From: Eledone cirrhosa
Taxonomy: Eukaryota
Assembly: GCA_964016885.1 (NCBI GenBank)
Contig: OZ024747.1
Coordinates: 92,628,001 to 92,692,000 of the forward strand
DNA length: 64,000 bases
Direction of reading: 5' to 3'
Part shown: in pieces, positions 1-12,630 of the stretch
Position numbering within the stretch: position 1 is the stretch's first letter
Layout of the letters: every line of letters starts with the position of its first letter
The notes under the pieces: model-generated
Databases searched by the model: none
What the model was told of the DNA's origin: nothing
The model's input: the letters and a program-made list of their open reading frames with translations, nothing else
Position numbers and translations under genes: made by a program

Positions 1-317
1 GACATTTGAAAATTTTAACGAAGTGAATCTTTAAAAAAGTAATAAAATATATTTAATGAACAGCCACGAAATTTAGTAGATAAATTATGTAATATTCATT
101 CAAAACAATTATTTATTCAAAGTAATCCAACTTATTTTACTAAGGGGATAAAAATTATAAACCGTACGCATTCCCGCGCTTCTTACTTTATTATAGTTTA
201 TATATATATATATATATATAATGGTAAGTACTACAGCCAAAATCCCTAGGGAAACTAAACTGGAAATAGAACTAAACTGGAAATAGAACACACACACATA
301 TATATATGTATATATAA

Positions 318-739
318 CCTCGTTCTTCCCCCAACTCTCACATTCACATACACACACACACGTACACCTACACACACACACCACCTTCAGCCCTCCCCGC
401 TCGGACACCCCGCCTCCTTCTCCCCACTCCACCCGCCACCACCCCTACACGCCCCACACCCTTCCACCACTTGTTTATCTTCATGTTTATTTTTATTTTT
501 ATTATTATTATTATTTTTATTATTTTTTTATATTTATTTTCATCTGTACCCCTTCCACCGCCCCCCCCCCTTCTAAATGTCTCTCCCCCACTCCCCTACA
601 CACCCTTGGAACCCTCTTCCCACACACTTTTCGCCTGAAGAAGGGCTTATGCTCGAAACGCCCCCCCCTCTCAAGAGCGTGAAACTAATAAACCTTTGTT
701 CGTACTGCCTCTCTGTTTTGTTCCCGTTCCATTTTTCAC
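318..739 (+). mobile_element. C-rich repeat family A (PLE-tail-like), truncated copy with degenerate HHR core at 635-659
   Basis: Homologous to 1122-1775 and 34420-35512. Contains CTGAAGA-agggc ttat gctc-GAAAC then AATAAA; flanked by (TA)n. Confidence 0.65.
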
Positions 740-826
740 TATATATATATATATATGCACATACATGCATATATATATATATATATATATATATAAATGA
801 AAGGTATAGAAAACTTTAATCTGTTA

Positions 827-877
<51 letters not shown>

Positions 878-885
<8 letters not shown>

Positions 886-1071
886 CAGATTAAAGTTTAA
901 GCAAAGAATCGCTGCTTTCACCCTTAACGGGATCTTCTGAAAGCAGCGATTTTTTGCTTAAACTTTAATCTGTTATTTTAATAAATATTTGCTCTACGGT
1001 TCTTATATATTTGATATATATTTATCCTTATCGAGCCCTCTTTGGATTTTAGTCTTCAAATTTATTATTAT

Positions 1072-1076
<5 letters not shown>
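878..1076. repeat. Fold-back element family E between (TA)n tracts
   Basis: Arm aaataacagattaaagtttaagcaaagaatcgctgctttca and its reverse complement around a short loop. Same family at 10980-11256, 23565-23612 and 48063-48148. Confidence 0.8.
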
Positions 1077-1121
<45 letters not shown>

Positions 1122-1124
<3 letters not shown>

Positions 1125-1775
1125 CTATATAACTCACCCACACACACACCCCAAACATTTTTTTTTATCCACACGCCACCTACACCCACAACACGCTTAA
1201 ACCCCACACACACGTGCTTTCCACCACATATTTACACCCTCAGCCTCCTGATTCCTCTCCCCCCACCCTTCTATCCACACACGGACACTCCGACCCCCCC
1301 CCCCGCACACACACACACCTCTTCCTGAACATGCAACCCCGTTCTTCCCCCAACCCTTACTTTCACATACACACACACACACACACGCACACCTACACAC
1401 ATACACCACCTTCAGCCCTCCCCGCTCGGACACCCCGTCTCCCTCTCCCCACTCCACCCGCCACCACCCCTACACACCCCACACCCTTCCACCACCTGTT
1501 TACCCCCCTTTTAATTTCAGTTTATTTTGATCATGCTTTTATTTTTAAATTTATCTTTATTTTTTATTTTTTCATTCGCACCGTTTCCTTTCGCTATATG
1601 TCTCTCCACCACTCCCCTACACACCCTTTGAACTCTGTTCCCACACACTTCCCACCTGAGGAAGGGCTTATGCCCGAAACGTCGTCCCCCACCAACACCC
1701 CACTCTCCAGAGCGTGAAATTAATAAACATTCGTTGTACTGCCTCTCTGTTTTGTCCCTGTTCAAATTTTTCCAT
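1122..1775 (+). mobile_element. C-rich repeat family A copy with HHR-like core at 1656-1680
   Basis: CTGAGGA-a-GGGC ttat GCCC-GAAAC, then AATAAA and (TA)n. Near-identical to 34875-35512. Confidence 0.7.
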
Positions 1776-1817
1776 TATATATATATATATATATATATAT
1801 ATGAGTGTGTGTGTGTG

Positions 1818-1877
<60 letters not shown>

Positions 1878-2544
1878 CATATATATATATATATATATTT
1901 ACATATATATATATATATATGTATGTATATATATATACTTACAAATTGTCAAAGTATCCTCCCTTCCAGACCCTCTTGGGAGTCTTGCGATACGTATCCT
2001 TTGTGCGTCTATCTCCCGCTTCCTATAACAGGTCGCAGGCACATCGTCATTTCTTGCACCATTGGATAGAGATTGCAATCTATTTTTTAAACAGGGCCCT
2101 CTACTTAAGACCTAAATGCGTCCCTTTCTATATTGAGGGAAATACGATGTGGTATGACGACTTTATTGTTTCTGATGGATACAGATATTGCCGTATTTGT
2201 GGTCGTATTCGGCCGTTCACCAATTTGGCATTTTTCTAAGAACCGCGAAGAATAGGCCTTCTTCGAGGCGGCCTTTACTCTCCTCGTCGTTGTTACATAG
2301 CTGATTATGAGAATTTTCTTAGGAGCAGGGCCGTGTTTACGCGTGATGGCAGGAAGGAGGTTTCAAGAATTGCAGGAGTTGGTGCAGTAATGCACCAACT
2401 CTTGCAAGGGAGGTAGCTGTAAAAAAAAAAGGGAGAAATATGTAAAAGCCAAACTCGCTATCTTCAATACGGTATTCGTGCCAACCTTTACTTATGGTCA
2501 TAAATCTTGCGTAATAACTGAAAGAATACAACCGCAAATAGAAG

Positions 2545-2918
2545 CGGCCAAAATGGGGTTCCTCTGAAGGGTTTTAGCGTACATTAATCGACAGGGTGCG
2601 TAGCTCGGAGATCAAAGAGTCCCTCCTGGTAGAGCTGCTACTTCACCGAGATATCACAGCTCGGATATTACGGGCATGTGGCTAGAATGTCTCAGGAAAG
2701 AATCGCTGGACAGATTTTACGGGCAAAACCAACTGGCAGGAGACCCAGGGGTAGACCCCGAGCAAGATGGTTGGATAACATCCATCAGCTTGGCTGGTCA
2801 CGCTTGGGGATTCAGCCGGATCAATTGGAGACCGTTGCTTCTGACAGGACCTGCTAGAAAGCATGTTTGAGGACTCTGCCTACATGAGCCTCCCAAGAAG
2901 AAGAAGAAGAAGAAGAAG
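2545..2918 (+). mobile_element. RTE-clade LINE 3' fragment with (AAG)n tail
   Basis: Translates to MSQERIAGQILRAKPTGRRPRGRPRARWLDNI, the RTE C-terminal R.RGRP..RW.D motif. (AAG)n tail at 2895-2918. Confidence 0.75.
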
Positions 2919-4413
2919 ATTATATATATATATATATATAGATATAGATATTCATACACCCGCACTCAAATAGAAAGGGTCTGAGGGATAGAAACTGATT
3001 CTTGTTATTGTTGGGGTGTTTTTTTTTATTGGAAAAGGTCAGAAATTCTTCATATTTTTCATAATTTGTATATGTATGACCTATTTTACTACTGACCATT
3101 CATTTTCCATAGAAATTTTGTTTGCAATAAATTAGTTATACTTTTACAATACACACGATAATTTGACTTATAATTTGACTTATAATTATATAAAAGATAC
3201 TTTTATATAATTATATAATATCCCTCATAAATACATGAAGTACCATGTCTGTGAATTGACCATTTAAATTTAGACGTCACTGAACCTGATTCTATTAAGA
3301 ACTAAATCTACCTACAAAATTCTTTTTTCGGTTTCTGTAAGTATGTATAAGTTGATAAAAGCGAAATTTAAAACAATTCTCAGTTAATCAACCGATAACT
3401 AATATTTTCACTTCTGGTTGGATTTTGGGGACATTAGCACCTTTCAAAAGACAATCACAGTTAAATGGATAATGTTTTAGGGGATTGCAGCTAGGAAAAA
3501 TAACAATATTGTTGTAGTAGAGATTTTGATAACGAAATTAGTTAACTGAGTTAGCAATTTTTAACAGCCAGAATAGCTGATATCAATGGATTTTACATTG
3601 AAAATCGAACACTAATGATTCGGCGGAGAATGATAAGAGATTATACTTAGCAAATCTGTCGGTATTTATATGTCCACACATTGAACTTAAAGGCTTCGTT
3701 GTGCCATATGAAATTTCTCGATCTTTTTAAATATTTGCAGATTGAGTGAAGCCACAGTTACGAAGGACCTCATTGTGTTAATACAAAGCACCAAGGATTT
3801 ATCTCATCTAAATACAATGAAGATATATCTTTACAATTATTAGGGGTTCAATTTCATAAACTTTCGTATATTTACGTGCAATTTTCAATGTTTTATTCAT
3901 ATAAAAGCAACTTCCATTAAGTATACATATGCAGACACGCGAACATATTTATATATATACACATACACACTCACACACACAGAGATACAAGCAGACACAC
4001 ACAAACACACACACACACACACACAGGCACAGGCAGATACTCTCTCACATACACACACAGAGACAGACACACACTAACACACGCAGAGACACAGACAGAC
4101 ATACACACAGACACATACATAGATTTAGCATTAACAAAGCGTGCTTAAGAATAAATATGTACATGCATGGATCTATATATACTATATTTATGAATAATAA
4201 ACTCACATAGAAGGTCGTTGTGATTATTTTAAGTTCTAATAATATCACAGTTAGCTCAGAATCCCTGTAAGAGACTATACATATTTTAGGATTTCTATTC
4301 TTCTTATACTGAGGTACAAAAAATATTTAGCCTTTGAACATACAAGCCGAAACCGCTTGGCGCCGCGGTCGGGATTTTATATATCAGTTTTTTCGGCTAT
4401 AATCCATCCATGC

Positions 4414-5180
4414 CTTACTCTCCTTCTCTACTGGCACGCAGCTGGACAATGATAGCCTGCGCATCGGCGTTTCCCTGAGGCTTGGCCTCCGGATCTGCCA
4501 GCCACACCAATGTCGCTGCGGTTCCACCGTGGACTCTTTCGGCCTCCACCTGCTTTCCCGTCACTACAGTGCCGTCACTACAGTGCTTTCCACACCATGC
4601 TGCTCGCAACGAGATCATAAAGCATGGCTTGGATGCTGCAGGCTTCCCCCTCCCAGCTCGAACCAGCTGGACCGAAGGGACGGCAAAAGGTCACACGGTA
4701 CCACCATGTTCCCGTGCCGCAGTGGTAAACCCCTCGTCTGGGATGCCACATGCAGCGACACATTCTCCAGCGGCAAACTGGTACAGTCTGCAACTAACCC
4801 ATGTTCTGCTGCACTTAGGGCTGAGGAGGGTAAAATCTCCAAGTATCGGTCGCACTCCGGCAGGTTTGCAGTCGAACCCCCACCAGTGGAGACTTCTGGT
4901 GTCCTTGACCCAAGGGCTACCTCCCTATTTACCACCATAGGTGCTGAGCTGGTGAGCTGCTGGTGTGAGCCTCACGAAATGGAATGGCTCTTCCAGTGCA
5001 TTTTCCTTACCATCTTCCGGGGGGGGGGGGGACGCCTTCTCCATTCTGTCCGCCGGGACCATAGGGCGGCCTGCTCGTGGGATCCCATTTGTTCATCATA
5101 GTGAGAGAGGAGGAGGGCAAGGGAGATGGAGGCGATGAACGTGGAAGTTTGGCTCCTCTGTGTTCGGACCTGGTGTACGT
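4414..5180 (+). mobile_element. CRE-clade non-LTR retrotransposon 3' fragment (Zn knuckle plus restriction-like endonuclease), decayed
   Basis: LRLGL..C.PH.CRCG..VD..GLH, DGKR..GTTMFP...GKPLVWDATCSDT, AE..K..KY, VETSG and WLFQ.I.LTI.RG motifs; frameshifted. Confidence 0.8.
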
Positions 5181-5357
5181 CTATGTGCATGCTCTACTGT
5201 CTTATCAGATAGACATATTTATGAATATATGTATTGTTTTTATTATAATGCTTTTATATATATTTACCCATCCTTTCTAGTTGAAAATTCGCAAGGTGAA
5301 ACACGTGTCCTCGAAAATTAACTGTTGTTGAACTAACCCCTCTCTCTCTCCACACAA

Positions 5358-5426
<69 letters not shown>

Positions 5427-5468
5427 GTATAGGATATATAACTACTCCATATATTAGGTATAGGATTC

Positions 5469-5580
5469 TGCTCTGAGGAAACAGTGGTCACAGCATTGGA
5501 TATTTGAGTTCTGCAAGTACTTGTGAATTTGCACGTAGCATAACTAGGCTGCAGTACCACCGTGGAAACACTTGTAAGCA
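5469..5580 (+). ncRNA. Minimal type-I hammerhead ribozyme, GUA site, long stem II
   Basis: tgct-CTGAGGA(5473-79)-acagtggt...accaccgt-GAAA(5565-68)-C actt GTA-agca. Stem I tgct/agca; AATAAA at 5586. Confidence 0.75.
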
Positions 5581-5627
5581 CACGGAATAAATTACCTTTT
5601 TATGATGCCTACCTGCTATTATTCATT

Positions 5628-5671
<44 letters not shown>

Positions 5672-5674
<3 letters not shown>

Positions 5675-5900
5675 GACAGTCAGGACCCCGACGGCTGAGC
5701 TCCGGCCGTTTCGACAGCTAGATGCGAACTAGTTCAGATCTAACGGCCTTACATACGCGAAACATTCCGTCGTTAAGTTAACAGGGGTCTGATAGGCATT
5801 TGATTTAAGAGTCAGGCTCGATCGAGAGAGATCGAACCATGAGCTGATCAATCGCGGAACGTGCGTCACACCTGAATAAATTTAATGAAAATTTGACACC
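5672..5900 (+). mobile_element. Repeat family F with hammerhead-like fold but divergent core
   Basis: cgacgg-CTGAgct...ggccgtt/aacggcc...GAAAC-att-ccgtcg. Homologous to 9665-9860, 25760-25942 and 47062-47198. Confidence 0.5.
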
Positions 5901-5916
5901 TCATCCATACTTATTA

Positions 5917-5983
<67 letters not shown>

Positions 5984-6187
5984 AGGGACTATTCTGAGTT
6001 TCTAACTCAATATATACTTTTGATATATATATATATATATATATACATATTACAGACACACATATATATATAAGGAAAAGAAGTCGAAAATGCAACTGGA
6101 GTCTTTTTTAAATATTTATTTATTTCCTTTACCGGTTTCACAGTTCTTATGCTTTTCAAAAGTATAGAGATGGGGGGTTTGTAGTTT

Positions 6188-6562
<375 letters not shown>

Positions 6563-6594
6563 AATTAGAAAGTGAACAACACAAAATATAACTA

Positions 6595-6662
6595 CTCCAT
6601 TACCAAAGGTTTCTGGATCCCAGACAATATTAATATAAGTCTGGATCGGTCGTCAGACAGAG
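6595..6662 (-). ncRNA. Minimal type-I hammerhead ribozyme, GUA site
   Basis: Minus strand: ctctgt-CTGACGA-cc gatccagac...gtctgggatc ca-GAAA-CC ttt GG-TA-atggag. Stem I pairs with G-U wobbles. Confidence 0.75.
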
Positions 6663-7049
6663 ATATTAAGGATAAAAAATATGTATATGTATGTATGTAT
6701 ATATGTCTGTATGTGTGTACATACCTGAGTATGTACACACATCTCTCCTTCCACCTGACTTTCTGCCACTTATCTCTGCTTCTACTAAAGTCATGTTTCT
6801 AACTACCCTCTTAATAGTCTCTAATCTGTTATATGTAACTTTATCTGTATTTATGATTGTTTGATATGTTCTGCTTATCCCTATCTCTAACTCTGTCCCC
6901 TCCAAATCTCTCCCATTTTCCCATCACTCCCATTCCTTTCTAGCTTTCCCAACACACTTTCATCTCCAGTTTCCTCGGATACCGGATTTTACCCCATTAT
7001 AATGTTATATATTTAGACACTCATAACAAACCTTAATTTTATTATATAT

Positions 7050-7117
<68 letters not shown>

Positions 7118-7290
7118 CGTCCTTTCACGCACAAGGCGCCAAGGTACGCATGTATTGTCCAACCAAGTGCCAGTGTGGTTCAATGGCGGGTTAATAAATT
7201 AACGAGCCAGAACAAATATAAACAAGGTTTAGTAAATAATGAAAAAGTTTCAAAATAAATTTTAAAAAATTGACTTTACCTACTATAGTT

Positions 7291-7374
7291 ACCTTTACCG
7301 ATCGGTTTCGAATCCCAAAAATAAAACGTAGGCCATACGGCCTTCGTTGCAAAGAGAGATTCTCGTCAGAAGGT
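7291..7374 (-). ncRNA. Type-I hammerhead ribozyme, GUA site
   Basis: Reverse complement of 8142-8225. Confidence 0.85.
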
Positions 7375-8141
7375 TCTTTTCATTCAAAGAATATAAAATT
7401 CCTGAATTTAAATCACAAACTAGCGCTATCAAAGACTGTTCCTGGGATGAGAGTGGATGATGTAGAACAGGTTTATCAAGGGCCGTAGTAAAGATAGAGG
7501 CAAAAGGAGGTAGGTCAAACTAGCCACCACTGTTATCAGCAGCAGTCGGAATGACCCGGTTTGTTCTCAACGTTTGTGGAGGTAGTAGTAATATGAAATA
7601 CGTCCTTTCACGCACAAGGCGCCAAGGTACGCATGTATTGTCCAACCAAGTGCCAGTGTGGTTCAATGGCGGGTTAATAAATTAACGAGCCAGAACAAAT
7701 ATAAACAAGGTTTAGTAAATAATGAAAAAGTTTCAAAATAAATTTAATAGTAGGTAAAGTCAATTTTTTAAAATTTATTTTGAAACTTTTTCATTATTTA
7801 CTAAACCTTGTTTATATTTGTTCTGGCTCGTTAATTTATTAACCCGCCATTGAACCACACTGGCACTTGGTTGGACAATACATGCGTACCTTGGCGCCTT
7901 GTGCGTGAAAGGACGTATTTCATATTACTACTACCTCCACAAACGTTGAGAACAAACCGGGTCATTCCGACTGCTGCTGATAACAGTGGTGGCTAGTTTG
8001 ACCTACCTCCTTTTGCCTCTATCTTTACTACGGCCCTTGATAAACCTGTTCTACATCATCCACTCTCATCCCAGGAACAGTCTTTGATAGCGCTAGTTTG
8101 TGATTTAAATTCAGGAATTTTATATTCTTTGAATGAAAAGA

Positions 8142-8225
8142 ACCTTCTGACGAGAATCTCTCTTTGCAACGAAGGCCGTATGGCCTACGTTTTATTTTTG
8201 GGATTCGAAACCGATCGGTAAAGGT
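8142..8225 (+). ncRNA. Type-I hammerhead ribozyme, GUA site
   Basis: acctt-CTGACGA(8147-53)-gaatc...gattc-GAAA-ccgatcgg-TA-aaggt. All three stems form; stem/loop III is palindromic. Confidence 0.88.
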
Positions 8226-8292
8226 AACTATAGTAGGTAAAGTCAATTTTTTAAAATTTATTTTGAAACTTTTTCATTATTTACTAAACCTT

Positions 8293-8410
<118 letters not shown>

Positions 8411-8506
8411 CCCCCCCCCCACACACACACACAGATATATATATATATATAAATGAAGAAAGAAGAGTGACACAGTTTGCTATACAATAAGGGCTTTAAT
8501 CACTTT

Positions 8507-8612
8507 GCTGACAATTGTTTCTCTGAACTGGTAGGTCTAAAGATCACTACCCGCCTGTTTTTGCGTCAATCGATCACCAATACATAGTTATAACCAGTCA
8601 ATTCATCAGAGC
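8507..8612 (-). ncRNA. Minimal type-I hammerhead ribozyme, GUC site
   Basis: Minus strand: gct-CTGATGA-at tgactggt...accagttca ga-GAAA-C aatt GTC-agc; ATTAAA downstream. Lies in a unique island 8453-9325 between (TA)n tracts. Confidence 0.75.
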
Positions 8613-9324
8613 TAGCGAGAATGAAGCGAATACACAGGCATGGCTTCTATATATAGTAGTGACATTCAATCAGAACAATAACAACAATACTAACAATGCT
8701 AGCAATAAATTAGTTGAAATAATCACAACATCAATATAAGTGAGACATACTTATGACTTTAGCATGTAAAACGAGCTGATATGAGGCAGATGTATGAAAT
8801 TGACATGTAAAAGCTGTCATGGGGTTTATTATATATAGTGTAGAGATAAGCCGGGGCTTTAAACAATGTACCATTTCCTTTACCGTAGGTTTGGTGACCG
8901 TAAGAATTATTTATCTGACAGATAAAATACTTTCATTGTAGTGAGAATAGTAATTTTTGTGGTGTGAAGAGGATTCAATATTTAAGTGGTCTATATTAGA
9001 TGAAGGGATTGTTAGTTCGAATCATGAGGTTGTTTAGCTTTCACATCATCAATAACATACATGTATAAGATAACATTAACAGAGTAGCAATATAATGGGT
9101 AAGTTAATACAGAGGTTAAGGAGGAATATTTATATATATATATATATAGAGAGAAAACATGGTGACTACAATTATAACAACAGGAATCACCGCGTATTCG
9201 CAACATCGCTATGGAAACGCCTAGTTGAGTCAAACTTAGCCAAGCGTTGATACCACCCACTACTCGGAGTACCCTAATTGGACTACACCTAAGTGGACTA
9301 CCTATAACAATAATCTGTTATCCC

Positions 9325-9387
<63 letters not shown>

Positions 9388-9521
9388 AATAAATCCACCA
9401 ATTAATGGTAAGGTCTAAGCCGTATGAAGAACTCAATGTAATCTGTATGTAGAAGATGTCGTGAAGCAAAGTTTAAAATACAAAATTTCAATGATATAAT
9501 TCATTGGATACAGAATCAAAA

Positions 9522-9622
9522 ATACAAATAGTGAAAACAATGAAATTGAACAAAAAACGGTTAATTCATGATTTTTACTATGAATTAACCGTTTTTTGTT
9601 TAATTTCATTGTTTTCACTATT

Positions 9623-9626
<4 letters not shown>
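9522..9626. repeat. Inverted repeat, about 47-bp arms, abutting (TA)n
   Basis: tacaaatagtgaaaacaatgaaatt...ggttaattcat / atgaattaacc...ttttcactatttgta. Confidence 0.85.
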
Positions 9627-9664
<38 letters not shown>

Positions 9665-9667
<3 letters not shown>

Positions 9668-9855
9668 CGAAGGAAATGTGGTAAGGAACCAGGTGGACCA
9701 TAACGCACCAAAGTACTCAATACTTGAGGTAGTAGAGTGGGTAATAGGAACCAGTAAAACCCCGACAGCTGAGCTCAAGCCGTTTCGACGGCTAATTCTG
9801 GACCAGAATTAGCCGTCGAAACGGCTTGAGCTCAGCTGTCGGGGTCTTACTGGTT

Positions 9856-9860
<5 letters not shown>
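9665..9860. mobile_element. Family F fold-back copy
   Basis: Near-perfect palindrome 9744-9860 centred near 9802; flanked by (TA)n. Confidence 0.75.
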
Positions 9861-9896
<36 letters not shown>

Positions 9897-9899
<3 letters not shown>

Positions 9900-10512
9900 A
9901 ATGGAAGTACAGCATATTCGAAGCTCGAGCCGCAGCTAAGCCGACGAATGCATTCAGAAGTGCAGCCAAGCAATCGACAAGGTATAAAACCTCAGAGTAA
10001 TAACATACAGTTATATATATATGTATAAGTATTTCGTATCTCCAAGGAAATACGCTTTTAGGAAGCCGTAGCTATGCAAACACCGGTGGGCTAACGCCCG
10101 CTGGTGATGTCCAGCAGAAGCAAGGGGGACAACCGTCTATGCATTTCAGGCTTAACTGGCCTTCGTCAGGACGGTCCCTCCCACCGCTTGCGACTGCTGG
10201 ACTAGAAGACAGCCGAGAATATATACATTTCTCGTCTGTGTAAATGAAGTGATTAATCTCATTTGTATATGAAGCTGCATAAGTTGGCTCAACTTATAAT
10301 AAAAAAGAAATAGGATTTCGCTGACGAAGGCCAGTTAAGTCTGAAATGCATAGACGGTTGTCCCCCTTGCTTCTGCTGGACATCACCAGAGGGCGTTAGC
10401 CCACCGGTGTTTGCATAGCTACGGCTTCCTAAAACCGTATTTCCTTGGAGATACGAAATACTTATACATATTGTATAAAGTTATGCTTGAAGCGAAATCC
10501 TATTTCTTTTAT
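9897..10512. mobile_element. HHR-bearing island with about 150-bp inverted arms (10019-10169 / 10321-10470)
   Basis: Arms are reverse complements with a few mismatches; the right arm begins exactly at the CTGACGA core. Confidence 0.8.
10132..10175 (-). ncRNA. Minimal type-I hammerhead ribozyme (44 nt), AUA site
   Basis: Minus strand: accgtc-CTGACGA-aggc cagttaa gcct-GAAA-tgca-TA-gacggt. Confidence 0.85.
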
Positions 10513-10524
10513 ATATATATATGT

Positions 10525-10862
10525 ATAAGAGATATTTAATTTGTTGGAAATCCAACAAATATAGATGTTTACAACTGATTCAAAGCACTCGACAGTTTTC
10601 TGGAGTAAGTATTTAATTGATATTAAATAAATGGAAACTATATTTATAAAACCATATTTATTCTATTATATATATTTCAAGGGTACCAACATTTTTGGTA
10701 CGCTATCATCAGATAAAATACAAAATGTTTTATAAATATTTGACATGACCAAGGATGATATACCTTAACGGTTCAAGTTATCCCTGGAAAGTGATAACTT
10801 GAAATATATATAATAGAATAAATATGGTTTTATAAATATAGTTTCCATTTATTTAATATCAA

Positions 10863-10868
<6 letters not shown>
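10525..10868 (-). mobile_element. Family D (PLE 3'-terminus-like) copy with partial inverted arm
   Basis: Homologous to 23488-23562, 29795-30448, 30510-30803, 44990-45260, 62660-62735 and the PLE end at 50733-50880. Confidence 0.75.
10661..10718 (-). ncRNA. Type-I hammerhead ribozyme, family D, AUA site
   Basis: Minus strand: ttttat-CTGATGA-tagcgtacca...tggtaccctt-GAAA-tatata-TA-atagaa. Confidence 0.75.
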
Positions 10869-10912
<44 letters not shown>

Positions 10913-10944
10913 GAAAAGTATAGAAATTGTTGTAGCGAGAAGCT

Positions 10945-10979
<35 letters not shown>

Positions 10980-10983
<4 letters not shown>

Positions 10984-11252
10984 TAAAATAACAGATTAAA
11001 GTTTAAGCAAAGAATCGCTGCTTTCACCCTTAACGGGATCTTCTGAAACTAACAAAGTCAATCTTAACTGGCCTTACAAGAGATTGACTTTGTTAGTTTC
11101 AGAAGATCCCGTTAAGGGTGAAAGCAGCGATTCTTTGCTTAAACTTTAATCTGTTATTTTAATAAATATTTGCTCTACGGTTCTTATATATTTGATATAT
11201 ATTTATCCTTATCAAGCCCTCTTTGGATTTTAGTCTTCAAATTTATTATTAT

Positions 11253-11256
<4 letters not shown>
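10980..11256. repeat. Family E fold-back, about 85-bp arms
   Basis: 10980-11065 and 11078-11165 are reverse complements. Confidence 0.85.
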
Positions 11257-11304
<48 letters not shown>

Positions 11305-11513
11305 ACACTGATTAAAATTCTATTAAATTACTCGGCCGGTTGTAAAAATGTGTGCGTGTGTGTGTTTGTAAATATGTGTTTACATCTGTGTGTCTATATA
11401 TGTATATATATATGTGTGTATGTATATATGTATGTGCGTGTGTGTTTTGTAAGTATGTGTTTACATGAGTGTGTGTGTGTGTATATATATATGTGTGCAT
11501 ACACACACATACA

Positions 11514-11546
<33 letters not shown>

Positions 11547-11675
11547 GTGTGTGTGTGTTACTAAGAATTTCATCTACTCCCAAATTGGAATTTACTCTTA
11601 GGCATTGATTTGCCATTTTTTTTTTGTTTCTCCAGGAAAACATGTTGGCCTAACAGATTTTTAGTGAGAGGAATA

Positions 11676-11860
11676 TAATTGTTTCTACTTTTGGCACAAG
11701 GCCACCAATTACCCAGTGCATTACTGGTACTTTATTTTATCGACCCTGTAAGGATGAAAGGCAAAGTTAATCTTGGCGGGATTTGAACTCAGAATGGAAA
11801 GAGCCGTAACTCTATGTGTCAGAACATGGCGTCCGACCCTCTACCGATACTGCCAAGCGA
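11676..11860 (-). mobile_element. tRNA-derived SINE family 1 (Nin/Deu-like central domain)
   Basis: Minus strand has box B GAGTTCAAATCC followed by ctttcatcct..ggggtcgataaaataaagtacc; many copies in the window. Confidence 0.75.
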
Positions 11861-12047
11861 TATAATGTCATTTGTGGCGTTCATGCATCTTCCAACTTCA
11901 TGAACGATATAGATGTAGTGGCGTTCATGCATCTTCCAACTTCATGAACGATATAGATGTAGTGAAACTAGTTTTAACCAGAAATCAAAGCCCTTCATTC
12001 ACGGAATACTTTCCTTCCCCCCCTGTACCCTCTTATAACTATCTTTG

Positions 12048-12630
12048 TATGTATGTGATTGTGTCTATGTGGTTAGATGATTATAGTGTATGTGTGTGTG
12101 ATTGTGTTTGTGTGTGATTGTGTGTGTGTATACATGATTGTGTGTGTGTATGTGATTAGGTCTATGTGGTTAGATGGTTATAGTGTATGTGTGTGTGATT
12201 GTGTCTTTGTGGTTAGATGTTTATAGTGTATGTATGTGATTGTGTGTGTGTGTATACATGATTGTGTGTGTGTATGTGATTAGGTCTATGTGGTTAGATG
12301 GTTATAGTGTATGTGTGTGTGATTGTGTGTGTTTGTGTATGTGTGTGCGTATGTGATTGTTTGTGTGTGTATGTGATTGTGTGTGTGTGTATGTGATTGT
12401 GTGTGGTGTGATTGTGTGTGTGTTTGTATGTGATTGTGTGTGTGTTTGTGTGTGTAAGAGATTGTGTGTGTTTGTGTGTGTATGTGATTGTGTGAGTATA
12501 TGATTGTGTGTGTGTGTGTATGTGATTGTGTTTCTGTGTGTATGTGATTTGTGTGTTTGTTTGTGTATGTGATTGTGTGTTTGTGTTTGTATGTTATTGT
12601 CTGTGTATGTGATTGTATATGTGTGTTTGA
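12048..12630. repeat. Degenerate (TG)n / TGTGATTG satellite
   Basis: Read directly. Confidence 0.85.

Noticed and set aside
1940-2540. Higher-complexity island that might be a retroelement coding remnant
   Set aside because: No motif could be recognised with confidence in any frame; needs tBLASTx.
6125-6165. Minus-strand GAAAC-CG-GTA plus AATAAA (3' half of an HHR)
   Set aside because: The CUGANGA box is too decayed (TTGAAAA) to call.
7270-8246. Identical 72-aa ORFs at 7270-7488 (+) and 8028-8246 (-)
   Set aside because: A consequence of the inverted repeat; TTG start, antisense to the ribozyme, no recognisable domain.
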